A stretch of DNA of 63,986 bases, counting the filler, from Sanchytrium tribonematis (lineage: Eukaryota), in the NCBI GenBank assembly GCA_018985235.1. It is 10 parts of 10 records of this genome, joined end to end, with 100 filler letters (N's around TTAATTAATTAA, not from the genome) between each part and the next. Parts side by side here need not be neighbours in the genome. Positions count along the whole stretch, not along the records: positions 32,435 to 38,767 come from JADGIG010000534.1; positions 38,868 to 45,191 come from JADGIG010000535.1; 8 more parts are not named here. One strand, 5' to 3'. The notes beneath the pieces are model-generated. The model was not told the DNA's origin, searched no databases, and worked only from the letters and a program-made list of their open reading frames with translations. This document shows, one piece after another, positions 34,794 through 45,291 of this stretch. The first letter of the stretch is position 1. Every line of letters starts with the position of its first letter. Position numbers and translations under genes: made by a program.

Positions 34794-35993
34794 ATGAAGA
34801 TTCCAGCCCTTTTACTTTTGTGCGTGTTAGCTAGACCGGTACCAAAGCCAAATTCATTGAGTTCCCTGCTTGTCCCAACAAATACAGAAGAGACTCGGGA
34901 GCCAAATGGTCTAGTTACTAACGAGACAAGTGGAGAAACTAATAACGAAGGTAGTATTGGAATTAGTGAGAAAGATGATGGCAAGGCTGTAGAGAGCAAC
35001 GGAACAGGTGGTCAGATTGGTGAAAATACTGACCAACTAAGCGATAAATCCACTGACCAAGGCAATAATGCACAACAGCAACCTAATCCTCAAAATAATT
35101 CACAGCAAAATGACGGTCAAATTGATAATGTTTCGCAAAACCTCATCGACACTCAGTCTGCCTCAGCTGCTGATACAGAACAAACAAATGGCATTCAAGG
35201 TGGACTTGTCGACAATAACAGTGACAAGGACTCGGCGGGGGCTGACAGTTCGGCTGCTGTAACAGAAGAAACAAATGGCATTCAAGGTGGACTTGTCAAC
35301 AATAACAGTGACAAGGACTCGGCGGGGGCTGACAGTTCAGCTGCTGTAACAGAACAAACAAGTGGGATTCAAGGTGGAATTGTCGACAATAACAACGACA
35401 AGGACGTGGTGGGAAATGGCAACTCACTAGATAGTACAGACAAGACAGTAATCAACGGAAATAATACATCGAAGTTAATTAATGACGGTCAGCAAATATC
35501 ACAGGAGTCACAAAGTGATTCAGAGCCACAGGTCCAAGGCGAATCAAACAATCTAGACAGTGCAGATACAGGCAAAGAAGCCAATACAAACAACGCTTTG
35601 GGCGAACAAATACAAGGTAAAGATTCAAATACAGAATCCGATTCACAAGATGGTGCAGAGGCAGTCACAGGACCAGGAGCCAATTTAGTTGGCAAGGATT
35701 TAAATACACAACCCCCAAATAATCCCATTCAGGGAGATCAATCTAATCAAGACCCGCAAACACAAAAACCTACCAATCCAGTTCAGGGTGTCGTTCCAGC
35801 AGACGGTACTCATAAAATTCCCCAGCAGGCTGCAACTCCTGGAGCAGAATCTGTTAGCAATGGTATAGCATATGCAGTTCTTCCAAATGGCGAATCGGTC
35901 CCAGTGGCTGTGGCTAAAGGCGAATTAAATTTGACAGGGGGGCAAGCGAACGCCACCACGACCGATGCAAACCATGGAAGCAACCCTCAATAA
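34794..35993 (+). CDS. Secreted low-complexity N/Q/D/G/S-rich protein with 29-aa repeats
   Basis: Signal MKIPALLLLCVLA and a disordered acidic body. Confidence 0.75.
   Translation: MKIPALLLLCVLARPVPKPNSLSSLLVPTNTEETREPNGLVTNETSGETNNEGSIGISEKDDGKAVESNGTGGQIGENTDQLSDKSTDQGNNAQQQPNPQNNSQQNDGQIDNVSQNLIDTQSASAADTEQTNGIQGGLVDNNSDKDSAGADSSAAVTEETNGIQGGLVNNNSDKDSAGADSSAAVTEQTSGIQGGIVDNNNDKDVVGNGNSLDSTDKTVINGNNTSKLINDGQQISQESQSDSEPQVQGESNNLDSADTGKEANTNNALGEQIQGKDSNTESDSQDGAEAVTGPGANLVGKDLNTQPPNNPIQGDQSNQDPQTQKPTNPVQGVVPADGTHKIPQQAATPGAESVSNGIAYAVLPNGESVPVAVAKGELNLTGGQANATTTDANHGSNPQ
35175..35406 (+). repeat. 87-nt tandem repeat, about 2.7 copies (TEQTNGIQGGLVDNNSDKDSAGADSSAAV)
   Basis: Units start at 35175, 35262 and 35349. 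Confidence 0.9.
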
Positions 35994-35994
35994 A

Positions 35995-37311
35995 CTAATT
36001 GATTAAAAATACCTGAAAGTTTTGATAAAATTCAAGCAGAGGGGCCGATTTGTCCTTAAGCTGGTAGTTTGCGGTGGTCTTGTTCAGATATTTTAAGCAA
36101 AATTGTCTGTGAGAATAATGCTGGTATACTTTATCTCGATTAACCTTATCAAAATTATTAGAAGCTGAAACATCTGCGCTGTATGAAAAATAAGGCTGCT
36201 CAATTCTCTGACTGACAGAATAAAAGTTGTCCGCAAATTTATATATTTTTTCCAGCATTTTCATATCGATGGGGAAAAATATGTCAAAAGGTCCAGGTGC
36301 AACACATAGGGAGGGGACCGTTACTGTTTGACCGTCTATAGCAGCATGAATTCGTGGGCCATTATTGCCTGGAATAGCGTCATGTAGAGAATCAAAATCG
36401 GATATTAACATAGAATGATTCGGAATCATAGCCTTTAGTACCTGAAAAAGGTAGCTTATCTGTGTTGGTATAAAGTATGGTCTTGTTAAATTATTCATAA
36501 ATGGAAGATTCGATTTAAATCTTTCAAATTTGCTCGGTCTCGTTTCAAGAATTTTGTGTAATTTCAAAATATGTGGATCTTCAAGTCTTGAGTATACCTC
36601 GGTGTACACCAAATGTGGCGAATCTGCTTCTGGGTTGTATAAAATACTTCCTTGAAATGGTTCGTCGTTCAGATACCTAACGGAATCAAAAGCAAAATTA
36701 TCCAACACTTCATTTAGCAAAATAATATGATATTCGTTTGAGGTTCTTCTCAAGTTTAATATAGAATCTTGAACTATCTCAACATTTTTGTGTTGAGTTT
36801 TAATATCAAAATTGGATATATCAACTATTTTGTATTTGATTCTTTTATAGATTTTTGGCTCTTGTTCTTTCAAAAAATCCAGAATATCATTCATCAAAGT
36901 ACCATTACCAGGACCTACTTCTAATACTGTGAAATTCTCGTTTGTGCCACAGTTTTGGCTCTGCTCGATTATATAGTTTGCCATGATTTGTCCATAAATG
37001 GGACTGAACAGCTCACTCGGCGTGTGCCAATAGCATGTATTAATAAAGGGTAATTGACCAAATACATCATTCTTATTAATCTCAAATTGAATTTTTGATG
37101 CCTCTTGGTAAATTTTATTCAGCTTCAGATTAAAATCATCTTGCGATTTTATTTCTGCGAGATTAATTTTTGGACTTAATATTCTAGCAAACTTATTGAA
37201 ATAACCATAGTGTGGGTTGTAAAGCGCGTTATATATATAGTCCCTCAACAGGTACGTCCCTTTTGGAAGATGGGTTTTTCGAAAAAGGTTCTTGTGGCAA
37301 TTATGGAACAT
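35995..37311 (-). CDS. NDUFAF7/MidA-family SAM-dependent methyltransferase
   Basis: RDYIYNALYNPHYGYF, WHTPSELF, EVGPGNGTL and NEVLDNF motifs. Confidence 0.88.
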   Translation of the reverse strand: MFHNCHKNLFRKTHLPKGTYLLRDYIYNALYNPHYGYFNKFARILSPKINLAEIKSQDDFNLKLNKIYQEASKIQFEINKNDVFGQLPFINTCYWHTPSELFSPIYGQIMANYIIEQSQNCGTNENFTVLEVGPGNGTLMNDILDFLKEQEPKIYKRIKYKIVDISNFDIKTQHKNVEIVQDSILNLRRTSNEYHIILLNEVLDNFAFDSVRYLNDEPFQGSILYNPEADSPHLVYTEVYSRLEDPHILKLHKILETRPSKFERFKSNLPFMNNLTRPYFIPTQISYLFQVLKAMIPNHSMLISDFDSLHDAIPGNNGPRIHAAIDGQTVTVPSLCVAPGPFDIFFPIDMKMLEKIYKFADNFYSVSQRIEQPYFSYSADVSASNNFDKVNRDKVYQHYSHRQFCLKYLNKTTANYQLKDKSAPLLEFYQNFQVFLIN

Positions 37312-37317
37312 ACTCCT

Positions 37318-38767
37318 ATGTCTCAATTAAGTCAATTGAAAGCCAAGTACACGGAAGCCGGTCAAGAACACGTATTTGCATTTTACGAGAGCCTGGATGA
37401 AACCCAGAAATCAGAATTACTAGAGCAATTGTCAGAATTTGATCCAACTGACACAAACAAGATATTTAAAACTGCTATGGGCTACACGGAAAGTGGAAAT
37501 GTGATAGATCCATTGCCAAACGGTTGTGTTGCAACATCATCCGACTCAAAAAATCCAGAATGGGAAGAGTGTGGACTAAAATTAATTGCCGAGAATAAGG
37601 TTGCGGTTGTGCTGTTAGCTGGTGGTCAGGGCACAAGACTTGGAAGTTCCGACCCGAAAGGCTGCTACGACATCGGACTTCCTTCTCGAAAGTCTTTGTT
37701 TTTGCTACAGGCAGAGCGATTATGTAAATTGCAAAAAATTGCAGCAAAAAAGCATCCAGGGAGCAAACCTATAATTCCATGGTATGTGATGACTTCCAAA
37801 CCGACTAGAAAAGCTACCGAAAATTATATTTTAAAAGAATCCTCATTTGGCGGTTTGAATAAGGATCAAATATTTTTCTTCGATCAAGGTGTGTTGCCGG
37901 CTTTTACAAAAGAAGGTAAAATTATATTAGAAGATAAAGGAAAATTATCTGTTGCCCCTGACGGAAATGGAGGATGTACTTATGATTAATGTAGTATATA
38001 TGGCGATGGCAAATAAAGGAGTTTTAGCTGATATGAAAAAACGTGGAGTTGAGCATATCCATGCTTACTGCGTTGACAATTCATTGGCAAAAGTTGGAGA
38101 TCCGGCGTTTATTGGGTACTGCTCAACATCTAAGGCACCTGTTGGTGCAAAAGTAGTTCGTAAAACATTTCCTGAGGAGCCAGTCGGAGTCGTTTGCCTC
38201 AAAAACAAAAAATTTTCAGTTGTTGAATATTCTGAAATTCCAAAAGAACTAAGCGAGAGAAAAGCCCAAGATGGAAGACTTTCTTTTTTTGCAGGAAATA
38301 TTGCAAACCATTATTATTCTTTAAAATTTTTGGAACATGCGAAAGAAAACGACAGTTTCATGCCATTTCATATCGCTCATAAAAAGATCAAGCACGTGGA
38401 TTTAAAAACTGGAGAAACTGTAAAGCCTTCTGAACCAAATGGTGTAAAGATGGAACGATTTATCTTCGACGTGTTTCCACTTGCAGATAATTTGGCAATT
38501 TTTGAGGTTCCTAGAGCGGACGAATTTTCCCCACTTAAAAATGCACCAAAAGCAGGTGCTGACTGTCCAGAAACTTGCCGAAGAGATTTAATGCGACTTC
38601 ATATTAAATTTTTGAGAAAGGCTGGTGCTTCGTTAGATGCTCCTCAAGACAGTGCTGAAAATACAGAGTGGGACAAATTTTTTGAGAAATCTGACAATGC
38701 GGTCGAAATTTCAGCTTTGAAATCTTATTGCGGAGAGGATTTAGAAGAATTTAAAGGAAAGACGGTT
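37318..38767 (+). CDS. UAP1: UDP-N-acetylglucosamine pyrophosphorylase, 3' truncated; exons 37318-37975 and 37995-38767
   Basis: LLAGGQGTRLG, PDGNGG|LY, VDN, VVEYSE, KMERFIFDVF and EFSPLKNA motifs. Confidence 0.96.
37976..37994 (+). other. 19-nt spliceosomal intron GTACTTATGATTAATGTAG
   Basis: Removal restores the conserved PDGNGGLY motif. Confidence 0.95.
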
Positions 38768-38867
38768 NNNNNNNNNNNNNNNNNNNNNNNNNNNNNNNNN
38801 NNNNNNNNNNNTTAATTAATTAANNNNNNNNNNNNNNNNNNNNNNNNNNNNNNNNNNNNNNNNNNNN

Positions 38868-39626
38868 TATAAAATTTTGGAAGAATATTTCTTGGCTGAC
38901 TATAATTTGGGATTTGGGCTTCTACATATACCAAAGGATTGCAAATGGATAAGAGATAGCTACATTGGCAGAGAAGTTATTCGAAGAGTTGTAGCTTTCA
39001 TTTCTCCAAAAGTTGGCGTTTTCCGCCAACAGGTTTTGACGAAATTACAGCAATCATTGGCTCAGGGCTTTGCTTCTTCCTCCATATCATCGAGGGGATG
39101 CTGGATAATTAAGCCAGGACTAGTTTCTGGTCCTTCTAATTTTTTATTTTTACCTATGCCTTTGAGGAAATCAGAGAAAACGGTTTTTAAGATTCCAATT
39201 CAACCCGAAATGTCTAAATTCACAGTTTGTGACAGATACGAATGGAGCATAGAATCTTCGAAGAATTCAGCTGGTGTTGTAGAACATTTCGAGTCTGTCC
39301 CTAAAAATCTAAAAGAGTTCTCACATGTTATAATGTCAAAGTCGAGGGAAGAGCTTAATTTGCATGTAGGGTTTTTGGATCATTCTAATGTTGGTAAGAT
39401 TAACAAAATTTCAGGCTATTTGAGCCGCAGAAAGCAAACTAAGCCACTTCAGATATTTTCTCACTTTTGCTTGAAAACTGGACAAAAAACTCGAGAACTA
39501 GTTCCCATTGTAGTTCATGTAAACGAGGACAAAGAAGAAGTGCCTGTTGTCATTCCATCTCTTGGCATCAACTTTATAAATCATATTTGTATATTCAAAA
39601 GCAAATATATTGGATCCTTGAACTAA
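38868..39626 (+). CDS. Hypothetical protein, 5' truncated
   Basis: About 250-aa open frame from the contig start. No family recognised. Confidence 0.55.
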   Translation, partial: YKILEEYFLADYNLGFGLLHIPKDCKWIRDSYIGREVIRRVVAFISPKVGVFRQQVLTKLQQSLAQGFASSSISSRGCWIIKPGLVSGPSNFLFLPMPLRKSEKTVFKIPIQPEMSKFTVCDRYEWSIESSKNSAGVVEHFESVPKNLKEFSHVIMSKSREELNLHVGFLDHSNVGKINKISGYLSRRKQTKPLQIFSHFCLKTGQKTRELVPIVVHVNEDKEEVPVVIPSLGINFINHICIFKSKYIGSLN

Positions 39627-39655
39627 TTTAATATTTAATAAATTTATTTCGAGCA

Positions 39656-40792
39656 CTAAACTTCAGTTTCCCATCCCTCTTCTTTTGACCGATCAATTTG
39701 ACTCCATTTTGCAATTTGAGGATTATATGAAGAGGATGTTGAGATTGAGGATATTTCATCGTTGTCATCATTCAAAGTAGTTTGCAACATTTTTGACCGC
39801 AACCACTCAACTTGCATATTGAGGAATTTCTTTTCTCCCTCCAGCTCTCTTATTTTCTTCAATGCCTTAGTTGATAACTTTTCGAGCTCCTTAGTCTTCT
39901 TAAAACTAAGCTGAGAATTATTTCTAGTCTCAAGTAACGTTTTTTGTAAGTTCTCGTAGTCTGCCTTCAACATAGAATGTCCCTCAAAGGATTCTTGCTT
40001 CTGAATCTCCAAAGCGTCAATTCGAGATTTAAGCAAATGATTTTCATTAATCTGGCTGCCATTTTCATCGACCAACTGATGGAGTCTACTTTCTATTTCT
40101 AGTTTTTCATTTTTCAAGACTTCGATGTACTCTCTCAACTCGACTGATGATAATTCATTTTCAACCTCCTCTGTTCTTTGAAATTCAGTCTGCGTTGACC
40201 TGTTTATTGTCCAAAGATCACCGATATTCGTGTTGCTTTCCATAGAACATGTAATCGATTCGAATAAATCTACTCTGTTTCTTACCAAAGTTGAGTCGGA
40301 TGATTTAGGAGTCGCGATTATGTCGACACTACTAAATTGCACATTCTTCTTAGGGGACTTAATTTTTCCTAATGGTCCTTCTGAGGAGGACGAATTTTCT
40401 TCGAGTGATGATGTTGATTTGTGTACGATATCTAGCTTTTCTTTATCTGAGTTTGATAGCAATTCCGTGAACTGCGGCAATTTGAGACTACTCGGCGCAC
40501 TTGAGTCGACTGTATTAGTAGTAGATGACATACTGACGAAGGAGTCAGTAGAAATTAAACTAGCTCCAGCGCTACCACTTTTAGAATTCAGATACTCCCT
40601 CTTTAAAAGAGTTAATACACTCGCGTTTTTTGGATCCAAATTGTTTCCTTTTTTAGGTTCCACCACTAATGGCTGATATTTCTTAGGCTTTTGCTTTTTG
40701 TTCTTAAAAAACAGGCTTTTAGATTTTTTAGGCTGTAATTTGGACTCATTTAGAAATTCAATCAACTGCTGAGATGAAGAATGTTGAAGCAT
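39656..40792 (-). CDS. Hypothetical Ser-rich / coiled-coil protein
   Basis: 378-aa ORF with a disordered N-half (KNVQF, an RVxF-like motif) and a coiled-coil C-half. Confidence 0.7.
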   Translation of the reverse strand: MLQHSSSQQLIEFLNESKLQPKKSKSLFFKNKKQKPKKYQPLVVEPKKGNNLDPKNASVLTLLKREYLNSKSGSAGASLISTDSFVSMSSTTNTVDSSAPSSLKLPQFTELLSNSDKEKLDIVHKSTSSLEENSSSSEGPLGKIKSPKKNVQFSSVDIIATPKSSDSTLVRNRVDLFESITCSMESNTNIGDLWTINRSTQTEFQRTEEVENELSSVELREYIEVLKNEKLEIESRLHQLVDENGSQINENHLLKSRIDALEIQKQESFEGHSMLKADYENLQKTLLETRNNSQLSFKKTKELEKLSTKALKKIRELEGEKKFLNMQVEWLRSKMLQTTLNDDNDEISSISTSSSYNPQIAKWSQIDRSKEEGWETEV

Positions 40793-40847
40793 AATTCAGG
40801 GGGTGGATGTTGTACTGTTAAAAGGAAATTGTGTTTCAGAATGTAAT

Positions 40848-41465
40848 TTATTTAGATTTACCAGCACACTTTTTGCAGCATTTGCAATCACCCTTACTGC
40901 ACGAGCAACTTTTCCCGGACTTACATCCTTCACAGCAAACGCATTTATCGGTACCACAACAATTTTCATTTTTGTCTCCGCAGCAACTTTTGCCTTGAGC
41001 ACCTTTGCATTTTTTACAGCAATTGCAGCCTTCATCTTTCTTGCAAGTACACCCCTGACCGCTCTTACAACCCACGCAGCAGCTACACTTATCAGTGCCG
41101 CAACAACTTTCGTTTTTATCAGAGCAACAACTTTTCTCGGTACCACTAGATTTACCACTACATTTTTTGCAGCAGTGACATCCTTCATCTTTCTTGCAAG
41201 AGCAACCTTTTCCAGATTTACAACCCTCACAACAAGTGCATTTGTCTGTACCGCAGCAAGACTGCGATTTTTTATCACAACACTGTTTGTCTTCAGTGCA
41301 ACAAGATTCATTATTTTTGCCTGAGCATTTCTTGCAACAACCGCATTCTGTGGACTTACAAGTGCACCCTTTTCCAGATTTACATCCTTCGCAACAAGTG
41401 CATTGTTTTGTCCCGCAGCACGACTCATTGTTGTTTCCGCAGCATTCTTTCTTTTGATCGCTCAT
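40848..41465 (-). CDS. Long modular metallothionein-like protein
   Basis: 58 Cys in 205 aa, in CC/CxC/CxCC clusters. K/G/S-rich, no F/W/Y, four repeated modules. Confidence 0.85.
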   Translation of the reverse strand: MSDQKKECCGNNNESCCGTKQCTCCEGCKSGKGCTCKSTECGCCKKCSGKNNESCCTEDKQCCDKKSQSCCGTDKCTCCEGCKSGKGCSCKKDEGCHCCKKCSGKSSGTEKSCCSDKNESCCGTDKCSCCVGCKSGQGCTCKKDEGCNCCKKCKGAQGKSCCGDKNENCCGTDKCVCCEGCKSGKSCSCSKGDCKCCKKCAGKSK

Positions 41466-41591
41466 TTGAAAAATTGGCGCTCCGCTTATTTAACTAGGAG
41501 AGACATTTTTCTAGCCAATCACAATTCCCTCAAATGCGAAACTACATTCTAGAAGAGCCAAATATCTAGAATCATAATCAATAACGAATAT

Positions 41592-42230
41592 TTATTTGCC
41601 CGCATGCCTTTTAGATTTACCGGGTCTTTTTGCTTTCCCTTTTGGTTTGCGAACATTTGATTTTGAGTGAAATTTTGAGGAGCTTTTTGACTTGAATTTA
41701 CCGGATTTCTTATCTCCAGTATTATCGTCAATATTATCCATTAACTCGTCTATTTTTTTATGAAATTTAAACTTTTTTACATTATCAAGCTTGCTTTTCT
41801 TTTCTTTAATTTTTTCCACTTCTCGTTTTTTTTGAATTTTTTTACCAAATTTTTTCAATCTTTGAATTTCTTTCTTTTTGTCGCGATTCTCGATTTCCAT
41901 TTTCTCTTTCAATAAAGATTTCTTCATCTTTTCCATCATCTCATCGGTCTTCAACATTTCGCAATAATAATCAGATGGTCTTTTAATATTAGATAAAGCT
42001 CCAAAGGCTTTTTTCACATTTGATAAAGCACAGGCATAAAAACTCATTTCTCTTTTGAATTCATCGTCTGCATCGAAACTATCGCAAGGGTTTGAGAATA
42101 CGAGTTCAGACATATTTTTAGGAGAGTTATCCATTATTTCTAGCATTAATTTAACTTTGTTGATTTTTAAAGGAATAGGTTTTTGTACTTCCATTTCTCC
42201 AAGTTTCTTAATATCCTCCCTGTATTCCAT
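41592..42230 (-). CDS. EBP2: rRNA-processing protein Ebp2
   Basis: DDEFKREMSFY, RPSDYYCEMLKTD, LKKFGKKIQ and KRPGKSKR motifs. Confidence 0.93.
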   Translation of the reverse strand: MEYREDIKKLGEMEVQKPIPLKINKVKLMLEIMDNSPKNMSELVFSNPCDSFDADDEFKREMSFYACALSNVKKAFGALSNIKRPSDYYCEMLKTDEMMEKMKKSLLKEKMEIENRDKKKEIQRLKKFGKKIQKKREVEKIKEKKSKLDNVKKFKFHKKIDELMDNIDDNTGDKKSGKFKSKSSSKFHSKSNVRKPKGKAKRPGKSKRHAGK

Positions 42231-42232
42231 TA

Positions 42233-44683
42233 ATGATCATTTCCTTGAATCAATTTTTTAAAAGGGATGATTTAATTCAATCTTATGTTTTACTGGATAT
42301 GAAGATCCCTAAGGTTGAAGTACTAATTAAGAGCAAATCATTTGAAGATTTTTCAAGATCGATTCATCTTGTCGGAAAAAAATACAAGCGGAACATCAAA
42401 TTAGACGATAAATTGAAATCCGTATACGATGCTGTGGGGGATGAACTTTCAAATGTTCTTTTGAATTATGCTGTGTTAGAAAATTATGATTCTCGGTATC
42501 TACAATTTGGTGGGCTTTCTCTTAACATGTCTGTTGGAATTAAGCGGAAGCAGTTCTGGAGTATTGGTACCAAAAAATTTAGTGGCTTTACACTTTACTT
42601 AAGAATAAGTGAGCTTCTGTATATTGAACCTACAAAATTGCTTCGATTTATATCCAATGATACCCATCGGTTGCAATTATTAGGCCAACGTATGTTTCCG
42701 CACATGTTTGGACTCAATGAAATCTGGAAAGGAACAAGTGTTTATAAAGGGAAGGGACGTGAAAAGTATGGATTCTCACAAGATAATTGTATATTGAAAC
42801 CTTTTTTAAGAAGTATTTTGAAAATGCACGATAGGTCAAAACATCAATACCTTTTTGGGTATCTGTCACAGGAACAAAATCACTGGTCATGCCTTGAAGT
42901 ATTACACTTGATAAGAACAATCAATTTTAAATTTTTCAAATTACTTAATTCGTCTGAACTAGAAATATTATCAGATTTTATACGAGAATACCTATCTCTT
43001 TCTAAGTATGAATTTTTGACATGGGATTTCGTATTAAAAAGGTTTCAAGATGTTCGTTTTTCGTGGTTTGACACTTTGAAAAATCCAAGTTTATCTCGAC
43101 AGACATTTATCTATTGGTATTTTAAAGAATTTTTAAAACCGATTCTTTTAAAATTCTTTTATATTACAGATTCAGATTTTTATGGAAACAAAGTCTTTTT
43201 CATTCCACGTACAGAATGGAATGAAAAAAATTCTAATTATGAATCGCTGTTCATATCTTCAAATTTCAAAGAATTTAATGACTTTGAGCTGCCTAGAGAG
43301 TCTCTTGGTCAGTCAAAATTCCGACTCATTCCAAAATCTCGAGGATTAAGAGCCATTTTAAATTTGAGTCACAAAAATGAAGGTGAAAGTGTCAACGATA
43401 GATTGAAAGCAGCCTCATCTTGTGTTTTTTCTGAGCTCAAGAAATCTATTGATTATAAAAAACAGATTTATAGTTTACTTAACGTCAAAGATCTGCAATC
43501 TTTTTTTGCCAAAATGAAAGTTGACTCACCGAATATATATATCGTAAAAGCCGATTTTGAGTCTGCATATGACTCTATTGATCAGCAAATATGCTTAACT
43601 CTCTTAAGATCTCTCTTGAAGAAGAAGGAATATCCAGTTATAGACTATTTTGAGTGTAAATTAATGGATAGTGGTATGTGGCTTAGCGCAAAACGCAGCA
43701 AAGGCTTTTCCAATAGTGATTCCGGGCTACTTTCTGAAAACATTTCCGAACTTCCAAAACGGTTTGCATTTCTTGAGCCCATGGGTCGGTCACAGTTTTT
43801 ATTAAGATCCGAAATACTTGATCTGGTAGAGAGACATATAAGTTGCAACTTAGTAGAAATAAAGGGAAAGAAATACCTTCAAAAAAAAGGAATTCCTCAA
43901 GGTTCAGTTTTATCTTCAAGTTTGTGTACATTGTTTTTCAAGGACTTTTTAACTCCAATTATTACTAAATTAAGCAAAAATTGTCATTTGGCACATTTTA
44001 TTGACGACATATTGTTTTTTAGTACTGAACAAGAAGAGTGTGAAAAATTTTTAGATTTTATTTCTGAGCCTTCTTTTACACATGGGCTTAAATTGAGTAC
44101 GACTAAAACTTGGTTGAATTTTGAATACAAAAATTACAATTTTAAAAAATCGGCTTTTGTGTGGTGTGGACTGAATATAAAATTAGATGAATTCCAGCTT
44201 ACAAGAGATTATACAAAGTATTTGGGTAGGGATATTCGATATTTCATCACAGTATCACATATTGATAAAATTTGTCACGCTTTCAAAGTACACGTGATGC
44301 CTATGTTATTCGATTCTTCCTTGAACTCAAATGAAATAATTGTGACAAATCTAATTGATCACATTTGGCTTGCTACTTTAAAATCAATAGAAGTCATAAA
44401 TGTGCTGCGTAAAAGAGGCACCAACATAGAAATTGGACAAGTTGTAGAAGCTTTTAGGCAGGCCATTTATGGGTTATTGACACATTTAAGAACTGATTTT
44501 ATCCGAAACAATAAGACAGAATGTTATAGCCTGTCTTATTATACCATTGAAAAAATATGCAAAAGATATGAAATCAAAATTAAATTCGATAGACCTGTTC
44601 CTAAGTACCGCAAATTATTGATGGAATACCTAAAAACTTCGGTACTGAACCAATGTAAAGTGAATTTTGAAACAATCGGGTAA
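42233..44683 (+). CDS. TERT: Telomerase reverse transcriptase (alternative start 42299)
   Basis: T motif FFYITDS...W, RLIPK, KADFESAYDSI, GIPQGSVLSS and FIDDILF. A GQ-motif remnant lies near the N-terminus. Confidence 0.95.
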   Translation: MIISLNQFFKRDDLIQSYVLLDMKIPKVEVLIKSKSFEDFSRSIHLVGKKYKRNIKLDDKLKSVYDAVGDELSNVLLNYAVLENYDSRYLQFGGLSLNMSVGIKRKQFWSIGTKKFSGFTLYLRISELLYIEPTKLLRFISNDTHRLQLLGQRMFPHMFGLNEIWKGTSVYKGKGREKYGFSQDNCILKPFLRSILKMHDRSKHQYLFGYLSQEQNHWSCLEVLHLIRTINFKFFKLLNSSELEILSDFIREYLSLSKYEFLTWDFVLKRFQDVRFSWFDTLKNPSLSRQTFIYWYFKEFLKPILLKFFYITDSDFYGNKVFFIPRTEWNEKNSNYESLFISSNFKEFNDFELPRESLGQSKFRLIPKSRGLRAILNLSHKNEGESVNDRLKAASSCVFSELKKSIDYKKQIYSLLNVKDLQSFFAKMKVDSPNIYIVKADFESAYDSIDQQICLTLLRSLLKKKEYPVIDYFECKLMDSGMWLSAKRSKGFSNSDSGLLSENISELPKRFAFLEPMGRSQFLLRSEILDLVERHISCNLVEIKGKKYLQKKGIPQGSVLSSSLCTLFFKDFLTPIITKLSKNCHLAHFIDDILFFSTEQEECEKFLDFISEPSFTHGLKLSTTKTWLNFEYKNYNFKKSAFVWCGLNIKLDEFQLTRDYTKYLGRDIRYFITVSHIDKICHAFKVHVMPMLFDSSLNSNEIIVTNLIDHIWLATLKSIEVINVLRKRGTNIEIGQVVEAFRQAIYGLLTHLRTDFIRNNKTECYSLSYYTIEKICKRYEIKIKFDRPVPKYRKLLMEYLKTSVLNQCKVNFETIG

Positions 44684-44694
44684 AACAAGTACAA

Positions 44695-45191
44695 ATGGAT
44701 GACGTTGAAATTACATTACCAGTTTACTTGAGCGATAATCTTCTCAGTCTACTGCAATATCCTACAAGGACTTCAAAAACCAATAATCTCAAACCAACGA
44801 AATCTAAACTCAAGTTAAAATCAAATTCCTTGGAAATTGAAATGAAGATTCAAAAGGATGATCAATTTGACGAGTCTTTTGAACGAGAGTCCATCAAATT
44901 TAGAAGCGAAGTGGTTCCGCCTAAAATGAATTACTTTGCATTAACTGTTGGGGATGGAATATTTTTAAATCCAATAGAACATATGTATCAAATGAGGCCT
45001 GATTTGAACGAGGAGAAAGTAGTTCTTAATGATGAGCCTGCTAGGAGAAGAGGTACTTCATTTTACTACAATCAGAGAGAATCAGAAAAACATATTGATT
45101 TGGAGTATACAAAAGGAGCTGTCGATCAGCTGAAAGGAAGTGTAGAGAACTCTTTAGAAATCAAAAACTATACCATTTTAAATGTTCTGGA
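44695..45191 (+). CDS. RPC37: RNA polymerase III subunit RPC5/Rpc37 N-terminus, 3' truncated
   Basis: LPVYLS, LLQYPTR and LNPIEHMYQMRPDL motifs. Confidence 0.85.
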
Positions 45192-45291
45192 NNNNNNNNN
45201 NNNNNNNNNNNNNNNNNNNNNNNNNNNNNNNNNNNTTAATTAATTAANNNNNNNNNNNNNNNNNNNNNNNNNNNNNNNNNNNNNNNNNNNN

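Noticed and set aside
40796..41457. Overlapping ORFs in other frames of the metallothionein (210, 173 and 87 aa)
   Set aside because: They are shadows of repetitive TGT/TGC codons.
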